Shown here piece by piece: positions 17,977-30,458 of a stretch of DNA of 64,000 nt. Within the stretch, counting starts at the first letter, position 1, and every line of letters starts with the position of its first letter. This stretch comes from an uncultured Steroidobacteraceae bacterium. Lineage in GTDB: Bacteria > Pseudomonadota > Gammaproteobacteria > Steroidobacterales > Steroidobacteraceae. The translations under genes and the position numbers were made by a program. The DNA is taken from assembly GCA_964396335.1 (NCBI GenBank), contig CAYNEX010000001.1, forward strand, positions 762-64,761, written 5' to 3'. Below the pieces are notes generated by a model. It did not search any database. It worked only from the letters and a program-made list of their open reading frames with translations, and was not told the DNA's origin.

Positions 17977-18926
17977 GCACGGTGCCGGAACGCTTCGATG
18001 TGGTCATCGTCGGAGCCGGGCCGGCAGGACTGAGCGCGGCCCTGGTCCTCGGTCGCTGCACCCGCCGGGTGCTGCTGTGTGATCGCGGCACGCCTCGCAA
18101 CCGGGCCTCGAAGGCCATGCATGGATTCCTGTCGCGTGACGGCGTGGCACCGGAGGAGTTCTCGACCATCACGCGGAAGGAGCTGGAACGTTATCCGGAC
18201 GTGAAGCGGATCGCCGCGGAAGTGCGCAAGGCCTGCGTCGATCCCGCGGGCGGCTTCCAGGTCGTTGCCGGCGATCGCACGGTGCATGCCCGCAAGCTGT
18301 TGATCGCCACCGGGCTGGAGGATGAATTGCCACCCATCGGCGTGGAGCCATTCTTCGGCACCAGTGTGTTCCAGTGTCCCTATTGTGATGGCTGGGAGTA
18401 TCGTGGCCGGCCCATCGCCGCCTATGGCCGGCGGCGTCGCGGCCTTGAGATGGCACGCGCGCTGACGGCCTGGAGTGATGACATCGTGCTGTGCACCGAT
18501 GGCCGCGCCGGCTACACGGATGAGGAGCGCCAGTCCCTGGCGCGCAATGGCATCCAGCTGTGCGAACAGCGCATCCAGGGGCTGGAAGGCGAGGGCGGGC
18601 ACCTGCAGCACATCGTGTTCCGCGATGGGTCACGTGTGGCCCGCGAGGCACTGTTCTTCGATACCCCCTCGCATGGCCAGTCGGACCTGACCAGGCAGCT
18701 CGGCTGCACCTTCACCCGCCATGGCGGCGTGGCCTGCGGCAAGTATGAGGCCACTGCGGTGCCGGGTGTCTATGTGGCCGGCAACATCGTGCGCAATGTG
18801 CAGTTGTCGATCGTGGCGGCGGCGGAGGGTGCCAACGCGGCATTCGGCATCAATCGCGCGCTGACACGGGAGGATTTCACCCGTCGCGCCACCGGCGAGA
18901 AGATCGTCGAGCACACCGCGCCCTGA
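17973..18926 (+). CDS. FAD-dependent pyridine nucleotide-disulfide oxidoreductase, thioredoxin-reductase-like with a CPYC redox motif
   Basis: 317 aa. Dinucleotide fold FDVVIVGAGPAGLSAAL. Redox-active FQCPYCDGWE sits at the position of the TrxB CxxC. The GTG start overlaps the ggt stop (GTGA). Confidence 0.85.
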   Translation: MSTVPERFDVVIVGAGPAGLSAALVLGRCTRRVLLCDRGTPRNRASKAMHGFLSRDGVAPEEFSTITRKELERYPDVKRIAAEVRKACVDPAGGFQVVAGDRTVHARKLLIATGLEDELPPIGVEPFFGTSVFQCPYCDGWEYRGRPIAAYGRRRRGLEMARALTAWSDDIVLCTDGRAGYTDEERQSLARNGIQLCEQRIQGLEGEGGHLQHIVFRDGSRVAREALFFDTPSHGQSDLTRQLGCTFTRHGGVACGKYEATAVPGVYVAGNIVRNVQLSIVAAAEGANAAFGINRALTREDFTRRATGEKIVEHTAP

Positions 18927-19002
18927 ACGCGGCGGGAAGGAAAGTGGCCGCGCGGCCCTGCCAGCCGGTATATTTCCGCCCGGAATTTCACGGAGACCAG
19001 AA

Positions 19003-19251
19003 GTGTCCGAGACCGAGACCGATACGCTTCCTGACCGCCTCAGCGTCGATCCTTCGAGCAAGTATTACGACGAGAAGATCCTGGCGCGCAACGTGGGCAT
19101 CCGCCTCAATGGCGTCGAGCGCAACAATGTCGAGGAATACTGCGTATCCGAAGGCTGGATCCGCAGCGCCGTGGGTCGCACGCTGGACCGCCGCGGCAAG
19201 CCGTTGACCATCATGCTGCGCGGCAAGGTCGAGCCCTTCTTCAAGGACTGA
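19003..19251 (+). CDS. DUF3297-family small protein
   Basis: 82 aa. PDRLSVDPSSKYYDE...VEEYCVSEGWIR...GKPLTIMLRGKVEPFF matches my recollection of the DUF3297 consensus. GTG start with a GGAGA RBS. Confidence 0.7.
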   Translation: MSETETDTLPDRLSVDPSSKYYDEKILARNVGIRLNGVERNNVEEYCVSEGWIRSAVGRTLDRRGKPLTIMLRGKVEPFFKD

Positions 19252-19256
19252 CCTCG

Positions 19257-19291
19257 CCTTCAAGGGCCGGCCATCCAGGCCGGCCGGAAGG
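19257..19291. terminator. Hairpin between the convergent DUF3297 gene and tex
   Basis: GGCCGGCC(19265-72)/GGCCGGCC(19278-85) stem, extended by CCTTC/GAAGG with a small bulge and followed by TTT on the plus strand. It lies in the 45-nt gap between the two stop codons. Confidence 0.4.
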
Positions 19292-19296
19292 TTTCC

Positions 19297-21669
<2,373 letters not shown>

Positions 21670-21680
21670 GGGGACCGGGG

Positions 21681-21718
21681 GAAAAAGGAAGGGACGCGAA
21701 CTATGCAGAATGCGTCCC
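21681..21718 (-). terminator. Intrinsic-terminator-like hairpin with U-tract downstream of the TonB-dependent receptor gene
   Basis: Minus-strand GGGACGC-(14 nt)-GCGTCCC followed by TTCCTTTTTC. It ends only about 12 nt upstream of the tex GTG start. Confidence 0.45.
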
Positions 21719-21766
21719 CCTGCAACAAGACTTGCATTCGGGAAGGTCCGAAGCCCCGCCCATCGC

Positions 21767-21795
21767 GGCGGCCGGAGTGGGGGCCTCCGGCCGCC
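21767..21795 (-). terminator. GC hairpin immediately after the TonB-dependent receptor stop
   Basis: 11-bp perfect inverted repeat GGCGGCCGGAG/CTCCGGCCGCC with a 7-nt loop, 9 nt from the stop codon at 21805. No U-tract. Confidence 0.3.
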
Positions 21796-21804
21796 GCCCG
21801 CGCT

Positions 21805-24800
21805 TCAGAAGCGCATGCGGACGCCGGCGCGGAACTGGGCTCCCACGGTGTCGAAATACACCGGATTTGTGGGGTAGTTGGAGCCCGGTCCCGCATTGCC
21901 GCCCGGCGCGATGGGCGGGTCTTCGTTGAGCAGGTTGTTGATGGTGCCGAACACCTCCCAGTTGGCGCCGTTGTTGCCGAACGGCACCTTGTAGGTGGCC
22001 GACAGGCCCAGGTAGGTGCGGCCTTCCACGCGGTTGTTGCTCACCGTGTTGGTGGGTGCCGCCGACACCAGGTCGCTCATGCTGGCTTCGATCAGTGCCG
22101 CATAACGCGGGTCATCCGGCCCGATCCAGTTGGCGTTGAGCTTGCCCGAGGGGATGTGGCGCACGTTCAGCGTGGTGCTGAAGCGGTCCAGCGAGTAGGT
22201 CAGCATGGTGTTCAGCTGCCACTTCGGCCCGGAGTTGAAATTGCCGAAGGCGGTGGTCGGTCCGGTCTGGCCGGCGAAGTCCACCGGCGTGGCGCCCGGT
22301 GCCGAGGTCACGATCAGGTCATAGTTCAGCGTTGCCAGCGCGCGCAGGTTCAGCGTGCCGCGCGCCGCATCGCCGAAGCGCGACAGCGGCAGTGTGTAGT
22401 CCAGCTCGAAGTCGGCACCCCGCACCGCATATCCGCCGAGATTGGTGTCGGTGGCGCGGATGAAGGTGATGTCGGTGCGCGAGTCGTCGGTGAAATCGAT
22501 GCGCTCGCAGAAGGCGCTGTAGCTGTAGCAGAAGTTCACCAGCTGCGATGCATTGGTGGACGTGATCGCGCCCTGGATCTTGATCTGGTACCAGTCGGCC
22601 GACAGCCGCAGGCCATTCGCCACGCCGCCGGGCGAGAACACCGCGCCCACGGTGGTGGTATAGGCCTTCTCCGGCGCGAGGCCGAACTCGCCGCCGCCCA
22701 GCACCGGGGTGTTGTCGGTCGCATTGCCGTTCCACGGGTTCGACACGCTGCCCAGCGTGGTGCCCACTTCCGACGGCACGGTCTTGTAATACAACTCGCG
22801 GAAGCCGGCGGCGCGCACGTCCAGCGAACGCGTGCCACGCAGCCGCAGCCAGCTGACCGGATCCCAGATCGAGCTCAGCTTCCAGCTGGTGATGCTGGTG
22901 GTCTTCGAGTCACCGGTCTGCGCGTCGTGGCTCTTGTTGCGCGTGCGGCGCACGGCGCCGTTGAACTCCAGCTGCCGCGCGAACGGCTGGTCACGCAGCA
23001 GCGGGGCGTTGAGCTCGAAGAAACCTTCCAGCACCTTGATGCTGCCGCCGAAGTCCTGGCCGTAGCTGAAGGCGAACTCGTTGTAATAGGGGATGTCGCG
23101 GTGGCTGACATCGCCCTTCTCGCTGCGGTATTCGGCACCCACGGCACCGCGGAACGGACCGGCGCCGATGCCGCCGAACAGTTCACCGGTGGTCGAGGCC
23201 GCGACCACATGCTGCGTGTATTCGAAGTCCTCCGGGGCGGTGCGGTAGGCGTAGTTCACCGCTTCCTCGGTGAGGTTGTCGAGGCCGAACAGGTTCATCG
23301 GCACGCAGTCCTCGGCCCCCTCGGGGATCGTCGGCTGCAGCGTGGCGCGACAGACGATGTTGCCGTTGGGAGTGCCGGTGAGGTATTCGCCTTCGTCCAC
23401 CGCGTCGAGCGCGTACTGGAAGAAATGGTTCACGCGCGCGCGGCTGAAGGTCTGTTCGCGTTCGTTGCGGCCGTACTGGTAATAGCCATCCCAGTGCCAG
23501 GTATCGGCCAGGCGGCCGGAAAGTCCGGCCACCGCCCGCAGCGTGGTGACTTCCGAGCGGTTCACCGAGCGGTAGGTGCCATCGAGGTCCTTGCCGAGGC
23601 TGGCGGTGTCGTTCGGCGGCGCCGGGAACATCGCGCGGATCTCCGGCGTCAGGTAGGGATTGTCACCACGCACGAACATGGTCGAGCGCGGGCCGGTGAT
23701 GTACTGGTTCACCGCCACCTCGCGGCCGGCCCATGACACCTCGGCGAAACCCTCGATCGAATCGGTGAGGTCGTAGTTCGCGTGCGTGAACAGCGAATAG
23801 CGCTCCACCGGCGCGCGCAGCATCGAATCCTCGAAGGTCGAATCACCATCGCCGCCGGAACGCGGTCCGAAGGCCACGGCCCAGGCATAACGGCCCGGAT
23901 CCATCGGCTTCAATGCCGTGCCGGCATCGTTGAACATCAGGTAACGCAGGGCCGGGTCGGTGTTGGCCTGGTCGCGGAACACGCCCTGCGCCACATTGAA
24001 GGCCTGCTTCGAGCCCGGCGCGATGATGAAGTTCGGCTGGCCCAGATAGCGGCGATTGCGGTCCTGCGGCGCCGCGCCTTCACTGGCGCGCTGCGGCGTG
24101 GCGTCGTCATCAACCAGGCCGTTGTTGGTGAACACGTCCCAGCTCGGCGCGCACCAGGTGCGCACCTCGGCGCATCCGCCGATGCCGCCGCTGTCCTGGT
24201 ATTCGCCGCCGACCACGATGTGGCCCCGGCCGTTGGCGAAGGCGCTGCCGAAACCGATGCTGGCATGCTTGCTGTTGCCATCGCCATGGAAGGTGCGGCC
24301 GACGTCGAACTGCGCCTTCATGCCGGTGAAGTTGCGGTCGAGCAGCACGTTCACCACGCCGGCGACCGCGTCGGAGCCATATGCCGCGGAAGCGCCGCCG
24401 GTGACGGTCTCGATGCGGCCGATCAGCGCCGAGGGAATCACGTTCAGGTCCACCGCGCCACCGTCGGAGGTGGGCACGAAACGCCGGCCATCGACCAGCG
24501 TCAGCGTGCGGGTGCCGAAGAAGGGATTCAGGCCCCTGAGGTTGGCGAAGTTCGAGCCCACATTGGCGGTGACCACCTGGCCTGCGTTGGTCTCGGACAG
24601 GAAGGAGGAGTTCTGCGGGATGCTCGACAGTGCTTCGGCGACGTTGACCTGGCCCAGCTGCTCCATCTGCTCGACGCCGACCACCGTGACCGGCGTGGGT
24701 GCGTCAAAGCCGTTGCGGCGGATGCGCGAACCGGTGACCGTGACTTCATCCAGTTCGGCAGAGAGCCCTTCGTCAGCTGGTGATGCGGCCCAGCCGGTAC

Positions 24801-24870
24801 TCGTCGCGCCGATGGCCGCCGCCACCGCCAACGCCACCCATGCGCGTCCAGACCTCAGGTTCGAATCCAT
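21805..24870 (-). CDS. TonB-dependent outer-membrane receptor (large, 1021 aa)
   Basis: Signal peptide, then plug region EVTVTGSRIRRNGFDAPTPVTVV. Long beta-barrel with alternating aromatic pattern. Terminal RAGVRMRF (C-terminal Phe). Confidence 0.9.
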   Translation of the reverse strand: MDSNLRSGRAWVALAVAAAIGATSTGWAASPADEGLSAELDEVTVTGSRIRRNGFDAPTPVTVVGVEQMEQLGQVNVAEALSSIPQNSSFLSETNAGQVVTANVGSNFANLRGLNPFFGTRTLTLVDGRRFVPTSDGGAVDLNVIPSALIGRIETVTGGASAAYGSDAVAGVVNVLLDRNFTGMKAQFDVGRTFHGDGNSKHASIGFGSAFANGRGHIVVGGEYQDSGGIGGCAEVRTWCAPSWDVFTNNGLVDDDATPQRASEGAAPQDRNRRYLGQPNFIIAPGSKQAFNVAQGVFRDQANTDPALRYLMFNDAGTALKPMDPGRYAWAVAFGPRSGGDGDSTFEDSMLRAPVERYSLFTHANYDLTDSIEGFAEVSWAGREVAVNQYITGPRSTMFVRGDNPYLTPEIRAMFPAPPNDTASLGKDLDGTYRSVNRSEVTTLRAVAGLSGRLADTWHWDGYYQYGRNEREQTFSRARVNHFFQYALDAVDEGEYLTGTPNGNIVCRATLQPTIPEGAEDCVPMNLFGLDNLTEEAVNYAYRTAPEDFEYTQHVVAASTTGELFGGIGAGPFRGAVGAEYRSEKGDVSHRDIPYYNEFAFSYGQDFGGSIKVLEGFFELNAPLLRDQPFARQLEFNGAVRRTRNKSHDAQTGDSKTTSITSWKLSSIWDPVSWLRLRGTRSLDVRAAGFRELYYKTVPSEVGTTLGSVSNPWNGNATDNTPVLGGGEFGLAPEKAYTTTVGAVFSPGGVANGLRLSADWYQIKIQGAITSTNASQLVNFCYSYSAFCERIDFTDDSRTDITFIRATDTNLGGYAVRGADFELDYTLPLSRFGDAARGTLNLRALATLNYDLIVTSAPGATPVDFAGQTGPTTAFGNFNSGPKWQLNTMLTYSLDRFSTTLNVRHIPSGKLNANWIGPDDPRYAALIEASMSDLVSAAPTNTVSNNRVEGRTYLGLSATYKVPFGNNGANWEVFGTINNLLNEDPPIAPGGNAGPGSNYPTNPVYFDTVGAQFRAGVRMRF

Positions 24871-25061
24871 GAAATCCCCCGTGAAAATCCGTGCATTCCA
24901 GACGAGCGCGGATGCTCACACGGGACACTGCGGGGGAATTGAACGGAGCGGCATGTTGTGAGACCTGCTCCGGAATCTTGCGCGGCAGCAAAGCCGCGTG
25001 GATCAATAGTGATTGCCGCTCGATGTACGCCGGCGGAATTGTCGGCGCGAGGCGACTGCGC

Positions 25062-26396
25062 TCAGGCGTTTTCGCGCGCCGCCCACTCGCGGTTGATGGC
25101 CAGTGCCGCCAGCGTGCACAGCACGCCGGAAAGCAGGTACAGGCCCACCGACCACAGGCCGAAGCGGCTGGCGAGGAACAGCGCCACCAGTGGCGCGAAA
25201 CCGGCGCCGATGAACCAGGCGGAATTGCCCACGATGGCCGCGCCGGTGTAGCGGTGCACCGGCGGCAGCTTGCTGTTGACCACACCGGAGGACTGGCCGA
25301 AGGCCAGCCCCAGCAGCACGAAGCCGCCGAGCATGTACACCGCCTCACCGATCTGGCCCGCGCCGAGCAGCTGCGGCGCGAAGCCGCTGTAGGCGCCGAT
25401 CAACGCGGCGGACACGCCCAGCACCGCGCGGCGGCCGACACGGTCGGCGAGGAAGCCGGAAGCCATGATGGCACCGACGCAGATCAGCGCGCCGCCGGCC
25501 TCGAGGATCAGGAAGCGCACCGGCTGGTCGAGGTCGTTCAGCTGCACCCAGGACAGCGGGAACACCGTCACCAGGTGGAACAGCGCGAAGCTGGCCAGCG
25601 GCGCGAAGGCGCCGAGTGCGATGGTGCGCCATTCTCTGCGCAGCGTCCGGAACGGCGGCGAAGGCGTGAGTTCCCGCGTTTCGAATGCGCGCTGGAACTC
25701 GGGCGTGGCCACCAGGCGCAGGCGCGCGAACAGTGCCACGGTGTTGATGGCCAGCACCACGAAGAAGGGATAACGCCAACCCCATTGCAGGAAATCCTCG
25801 GTGCTGAGCAGAGACAGGAAGTAGGCGAACAGCGCGCTCGCCAGGGCCAGGCCCAGCGGCGCGCCGAGCTGCGGCACCATCGCGTACCAGCCGCGACGAC
25901 CCTTCGGCGAATTGAGCGCCAGCAGTGAAGGCAGGCCATCCCATGCACCACCGAGCGCGATGCCCTGGCAGAGGCGGAAGAATGCCAGCAGCCAGACGCT
26001 GATCATGCCGACCCGTTCGTAGGCGGGCAGCAGCGAGATCGCCATGGTCGAGCCGCCGAGCAGGAACAGCGCGACGGTCAGCTTGACGCCGCGACCATGC
26101 CGTCGATCGATGGCCGTGAACAGCAATGTGCCGATCGGGCGGCCGACGAACGCCAGCGCGAACACCGCGAACGAATACAGCGTGCCGGTGAGTGGATCGA
26201 CATAGGAAAACACCAGCGCCGGAAACACCAGCACGGATGCGATCGCATAGACGAAGAAGTCGAAGAACTCGCTGGTGCGGCCGATGATGACACCGATGGC
26301 GATGTCGCCGGGCGAGATGCCGTCATGGCGTGCATTGACCAGCCGCGCGTCGCGCTCGAGGTCTGCGGAGTTTGCCGGTGAGGATGGCAGATTCAT
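25062..26396 (-). CDS. MFS transporter, metabolite:H+ symporter (MHS) type
   Basis: The supplied ORF was trimmed to ATG 26396 (MNLPSSPANS...). GRTSEFFDFFVYAIASVLVFPALVF is typical of the ProP/KgtP/ShiA-like N-terminus. About 12 TM segments. Confidence 0.85.
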   Translation of the reverse strand: MNLPSSPANSADLERDARLVNARHDGISPGDIAIGVIIGRTSEFFDFFVYAIASVLVFPALVFSYVDPLTGTLYSFAVFALAFVGRPIGTLLFTAIDRRHGRGVKLTVALFLLGGSTMAISLLPAYERVGMISVWLLAFFRLCQGIALGGAWDGLPSLLALNSPKGRRGWYAMVPQLGAPLGLALASALFAYFLSLLSTEDFLQWGWRYPFFVVLAINTVALFARLRLVATPEFQRAFETRELTPSPPFRTLRREWRTIALGAFAPLASFALFHLVTVFPLSWVQLNDLDQPVRFLILEAGGALICVGAIMASGFLADRVGRRAVLGVSAALIGAYSGFAPQLLGAGQIGEAVYMLGGFVLLGLAFGQSSGVVNSKLPPVHRYTGAAIVGNSAWFIGAGFAPLVALFLASRFGLWSVGLYLLSGVLCTLAALAINREWAARENA

Positions 26397-26540
26397 CGCG
26401 TGTCCTTCAGCCGTGGAGCTGATCCCACGGCGTCCCTTCATCCTGCAAGAGAGCAACCCACTTGCGCAAGCCGGGGTGTTGGGAGCATTGTGCGCCTGTA
26501 CGCGACTCGTCGCCATCGGCTCGATCGCAGCACCAAAGAA

Positions 26541-27464
26541 ATGTTCAACAAGCGTCGCATCGCATTTGCCTGGTTGCCGCTGCTTGGCCTGCTTGCAGCC
26601 TGCGGCCCGGTACTCGATCCCGTCGGGGACGTTGCGCGGCAGCAACGAGACCTGATCTACATCTCAACGGGCCTGATGTTGTTGATCATCATTCCCGTCA
26701 TGATTCTCATCGTCGTTTTCGCGTGGCGCTACCGCAAGGGCGGCGGCGGCACCTACGACCCCGAATTCGACCATTCCACCGGCCTGGAGCTGGCGATCTG
26801 GTCCGCGCCGCTGCTGATCATCATCGCGCTGGGTGCGCTGACCTGGTCCAGCACCCACCTGCTCGATCCCTTCCGGCCGCTGCCGGTCAAGGGCGGCGAA
26901 CGGCCGCTGGTGGTGCAGGTGGTTTCCCTCGACTGGAAGTGGCTGTTCATCTATCCGGAGCAGGGCGTCGCCACGGTCAATGAACTGGTGGTGCCGGTCG
27001 ATCGGGCGGTGCGTTTCGACATCACCTCGTCGAACATGATGAACACGTTCTATGTCCCCACCCTGGCGGGCATGATCTATTCAATGCCCGGCATGCGCAG
27101 CCAGCTGCATGCCATTGCCAACAAGCCGGTGGAATCCGAAGGTTATTCGGCCAATTACAGCGGCGCCGGCTTCTCCCACATGCGTTTCCGCTTCGTGGCG
27201 ATGGACGAGTCCGGGTTCGGGCAGTGGGTCAACCAGGCCCGCGGCAGCACCCGGGCGCTCGACCTGGCCGCCTATCGCGAGCTGCTGCAGCCTTCCGAAC
27301 GTGTGCCGGTGACGCACTTCTCCGGCGTCGATGCCGACCTGTTCCGCCGCACGGTGGAGCGCTGCGTCGAGCCCGGCACGACCTGCATGAGCGAGTGGAT
27401 GGATCACCAGCACGACAGCGCCGACCTGATGTCCGCCGGTGAGCCTGGAGTAACTGCACCGTGA
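26541..27464 (+). CDS. cyoA: Cytochrome bo3-type ubiquinol oxidase subunit II
   Basis: The supplied ORF was trimmed to ATG 26541. Lipobox LLAAC|G. Cupredoxin domain without CuA cysteines ([15 protein letters not shown], compare E. coli CyoA SASYSGPGFSGMKF). Confidence 0.9.
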   Translation: MFNKRRIAFAWLPLLGLLAACGPVLDPVGDVARQQRDLIYISTGLMLLIIIPVMILIVVFAWRYRKGGGGTYDPEFDHSTGLELAIWSAPLLIIIALGALTWSSTHLLDPFRPLPVKGGERPLVVQVVSLDWKWLFIYPEQGVATVNELVVPVDRAVRFDITSSNMMNTFYVPTLAGMIYSMPGMRSQLHAIANKPVESEGYSANYSGAGFSHMRFRFVAMDESGFGQWVNQARGSTRALDLAAYRELLQPSERVPVTHFSGVDADLFRRTVERCVEPGTTCMSEWMDHQHDSADLMSAGEPGVTAP

Positions 27465-29443
27465 GCGAGTCATCCGTCAGCCCGATCCTGGGCCGCCTGA
27501 GCTGGCATTCCTTCCCGTTCCACGAGCCCATCCTGCTGTGGACCTTCATCGTGGTGATGGTGCTGGGGGTGGCGCTGGTGGCCACGGTGAGCAAATACAG
27601 GCTTTGGGGCTGGTTGTGGCGTGAATGGCTGACCACGGTCGACCACAAGAAGATCGGCATCATGTACATCATCCTCGGCATCGTGATGCTGCTGAGGGGT
27701 TTTGCCGACGCGATCATGATGCGGCTGCAGCAGGCCTGGGCCTTCGGTGGCAGCGAGGGTTACCTCGACGCGCACCACTACGACCAGATCTTCAGTGCCC
27801 ACGGCACCATCATGATCTTCTTCGTGGCGATCCCGCTGATCGTCGGCATCGTCAATTACGTGATGCCGCTGCAGATCGGCGCGCGCGACGTGGCCTTCCC
27901 GTTCCTGAACAGCCTCAGCCTGTGGCTGACCGTGGCCGGCGCGTTGCTGGTCATGGTGTCGCTGTTCGTCGGTGAATTCACCCGCGGCGGCTGGCTGAAC
28001 TACGTGCCGGTGGCCAACATCGAGAACAGTCCGGATACAGGACCGGACTACTACTTGTGGGCATTGCAGCTGGCCGGCGTCGGCACCACCCTGTCGGCCA
28101 TCAACATGGTGACGACCATCATCCGCATGCGCGCGCCCGGCATGACGATGATGAAGATGCCGGTGTTCACCTGGACGGCCCTGTGCAGCAATGTGCTGGC
28201 GATCGCCATCTTCCCGACGCTGACCGCCGCCTTCGCGTTGCTGATGCTCGACCGCTACATCGGCACCAACTTCTTCACCAACGATCTCGGCGGCAACCCG
28301 ATGATGTACTGGAACCTCGTATGGGTGTGGGGGCACCCCGAGGTCTATGTGCTGGTGCTGCCGGTGTTCGGCATCTTCTCGGAGGTGACCTCCACCTTCT
28401 GCGGCAAGCGGCTGTTCGGCTACTCGTCGATGGTCTACGCCACGGTGGTGATCACCATCCTGTCGTACCTGGTCTGGCTGCACCATTTCTTCACCATGGG
28501 AGCCGGCGCCAGTGTCAACAGCTTCTTCGGCATCGCCACCATGGTCATATCGATCCCGACCGGGGCGAAGATATTCAACTGGCTCTTCACCATGTACCGG
28601 GGCCAGATCCGCTTCGAGCTGCCGATGATGTGGACGGTGGCCTTCATGCTCACCTTCGTGGTGGGCGGCATGACCGGCGTGCTGCTGGCGGTGCCGCCGG
28701 CGGATTTCGTGCTGCACAACACGCTGTTCCTGGTGGCCCACTTCCACAACGTGATCATCGGCGGCGTGGTGTTCGGCCTGTTCGCCGGCATGTACTACTG
28801 GTTCCCGAAGGCCTTCGGGTTCCGCATGGACCCCTTCTGGGGCAAGGTGACCTTCTGGGGCTGGGTGATCGGCTACTGGGTGGCCTGGACGCCCATCTAT
28901 GTGGTGGGCCTGATGGGCACCACCCGCCGCGTGCGCCTGTTCGACGATCCCGACCTGCGCATCTGGTTCGTGATCGCGGCGATCGGCGTGGTCATCATCC
29001 TGGTCGGCATCCTCGGTTTCGTGATGCAGATCTACGTCAGCATCCGCGACCGCGAGAAGCTGCGCGACACCACCGGCGATCCGTGGAACGGCCGCACGCT
29101 GGAGTGGTCCACCACTTCGCCGCCGCCGTTCTACAACTTCGCCTTCACGCCGGTGGTGCATGACATCGACGCCTGGTATGACATGAAGCGTCGCGGCGCG
29201 AAGAAGCCCGCCACCGGTTACCGCCCCATCCACATGCCGCACAACACCGGCGCGGGGGTGATCCTGTCGGCGATCGCGATGGTGTTTGCCTTCGCGATGA
29301 TCTGGTACATCTGGTGGCTGGCCGCGCTGTCGTTCGTGGCACTGCTGGCCGGCTCGATCCTGCACACCTTCAATTACCACCGTGACTACCACCTGCCGGC
29401 AGAGGAGGTCGCGCGCATCGAAGCCGCGACGGGCGCCCGATGA
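27461..29443 (+). CDS. cyoB: Ubiquinol oxidase subunit I (haem-copper oxidase)
   Basis: 660 aa. [20 protein letters not shown] and the HHFFTMG / HFHNVIIGG His-ligand motifs. The start overlaps the cyoA stop. Confidence 0.95.
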   Translation: MSESSVSPILGRLSWHSFPFHEPILLWTFIVVMVLGVALVATVSKYRLWGWLWREWLTTVDHKKIGIMYIILGIVMLLRGFADAIMMRLQQAWAFGGSEGYLDAHHYDQIFSAHGTIMIFFVAIPLIVGIVNYVMPLQIGARDVAFPFLNSLSLWLTVAGALLVMVSLFVGEFTRGGWLNYVPVANIENSPDTGPDYYLWALQLAGVGTTLSAINMVTTIIRMRAPGMTMMKMPVFTWTALCSNVLAIAIFPTLTAAFALLMLDRYIGTNFFTNDLGGNPMMYWNLVWVWGHPEVYVLVLPVFGIFSEVTSTFCGKRLFGYSSMVYATVVITILSYLVWLHHFFTMGAGASVNSFFGIATMVISIPTGAKIFNWLFTMYRGQIRFELPMMWTVAFMLTFVVGGMTGVLLAVPPADFVLHNTLFLVAHFHNVIIGGVVFGLFAGMYYWFPKAFGFRMDPFWGKVTFWGWVIGYWVAWTPIYVVGLMGTTRRVRLFDDPDLRIWFVIAAIGVVIILVGILGFVMQIYVSIRDREKLRDTTGDPWNGRTLEWSTTSPPPFYNFAFTPVVHDIDAWYDMKRRGAKKPATGYRPIHMPHNTGAGVILSAIAMVFAFAMIWYIWWLAALSFVALLAGSILHTFNYHRDYHLPAEEVARIEAATGAR

Positions 29444-30063
29444 GTACGGTGACTTCTCAGGCCGGGGCGCCGCTGCAGTACTACCAGGTCGAAGAGGAGG
29501 GCGTGGTCCACGACAGTGGCACGCTGCTCGGCTTCTGGATCTACCTGATGAGCGATGCGCTGCTGTTCGCGGCCATCTTCGCCACCTTCGGCGTGCTCAG
29601 TTCCAGCTTTGCCGGCGGGCCCACGCCGAAGGAACTGTTCGACCTGGGCCTGGTGGCGGTCAACACCGGCATCCTGCTGGTGTCGGCGCTGACCTGCGGC
29701 CTGGCAATGATCTCGATGCAGCAGGGCAACCTCGGCGCCACACGCGCCTGGCTGCTGGTCACGGGCCTGCTGGGCGCGGCCTTCGTGGGCATCGAGCTGT
29801 TCGAATTCGCCGAATTGATCGCGGAGGGGGCCACGCCCCAGCGCAGCGGCTATCTCTCGGCGTTCTTCACGCTGGTCGGCACGCATGGCCTGCACGTCAC
29901 CTTCGGCGTGATCTGGGTGGCCGTGATGCTGGTGCAATTGCAGCAGCGCGGGCTGCATGACGACAACCGCCGCCGCCTGATGTGCCTCAGCTTGTTCTGG
30001 CATTTCCTCGACGTGATCTGGATCGGCGTGTTCACCTTCGTCTACCTGCTGGGGGTGCTGTGA
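29440..30063 (+). CDS. cyoC: Ubiquinol oxidase subunit III
   Basis: 207 aa. [22 protein letters not shown]-terminus. ATGA overlap with cyoB. Confidence 0.9.
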   Translation: MSTVTSQAGAPLQYYQVEEEGVVHDSGTLLGFWIYLMSDALLFAAIFATFGVLSSSFAGGPTPKELFDLGLVAVNTGILLVSALTCGLAMISMQQGNLGATRAWLLVTGLLGAAFVGIELFEFAELIAEGATPQRSGYLSAFFTLVGTHGLHVTFGVIWVAVMLVQLQQRGLHDDNRRRLMCLSLFWHFLDVIWIGVFTFVYLLGVL

Positions 30064-30458
30064 TGTCCTCCGCCAGGCATGAACCGCAGCGGATCGCGCA
30101 CGACGAGTTCCACGAACCGGAGCCGTACACGCTGCGCGGCTACCTGGTGGGCTTCGGCGTTTCGGCGCTGCTGACCATCCTTGCCTTCTGGATCGTGATG
30201 AGCGGTGTCATTCCGCGCGCCGGCCTGGCCAGCGCGGCGGTGGTAACGCTGGCGGTGATCCAGATCCTGGTGCAGACCGGCGCCTTCCTGCACGTCAACT
30301 CGCGCGCGCAGGGCGGCTGGACGCTGATCGCCTATGTGTTCACGGCGGTCCTGCTGCTGATCACCATCGCCGGCTCGGTGTGGATCATGTATCACCTGAA
30401 CGTGAACATGATGCCGGGCATGATGCAGGCCGATCCGCCGGTCAACCAGCCGCCGTGA
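30063..30458 (+). CDS. cyoD: Ubiquinol oxidase subunit IV
   Basis: The supplied ORF was trimmed to ATG 30063 (TGATG overlap with cyoC). 131 aa with three TM helices, in the expected operon position. Confidence 0.85.
   Translation: MSSARHEPQRIAHDEFHEPEPYTLRGYLVGFGVSALLTILAFWIVMSGVIPRAGLASAAVVTLAVIQILVQTGAFLHVNSRAQGGWTLIAYVFTAVLLLITIAGSVWIMYHLNVNMMPGMMQADPPVNQPP

Noticed and set aside
25001-25016. A relatively AT-rich patch (GATCAATAGTGATTGC) upstream of the TonB-dependent receptor gene, considered as a Fur box.
   Set aside because: It matches the GATAATGATAATCATTATC-type consensus at only a few scattered positions and has no clear dyad. That is too weak to call without a position-weight-matrix scan.
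27470-29392. A 640-aa minus-strand ORF opposite cyoB. Similar long antisense ORFs occur at 2852-4744, 6061-7518, 13981-15603, 16213-17850, 31990-33411, 39645-41807, 55847-57349, 57087-58709 and 60172-61569.
   Set aside because: Each one mirrors a well-supported gene on the other strand. None has recognisable domains. All show the mirrored codon bias expected of an antisense frame.
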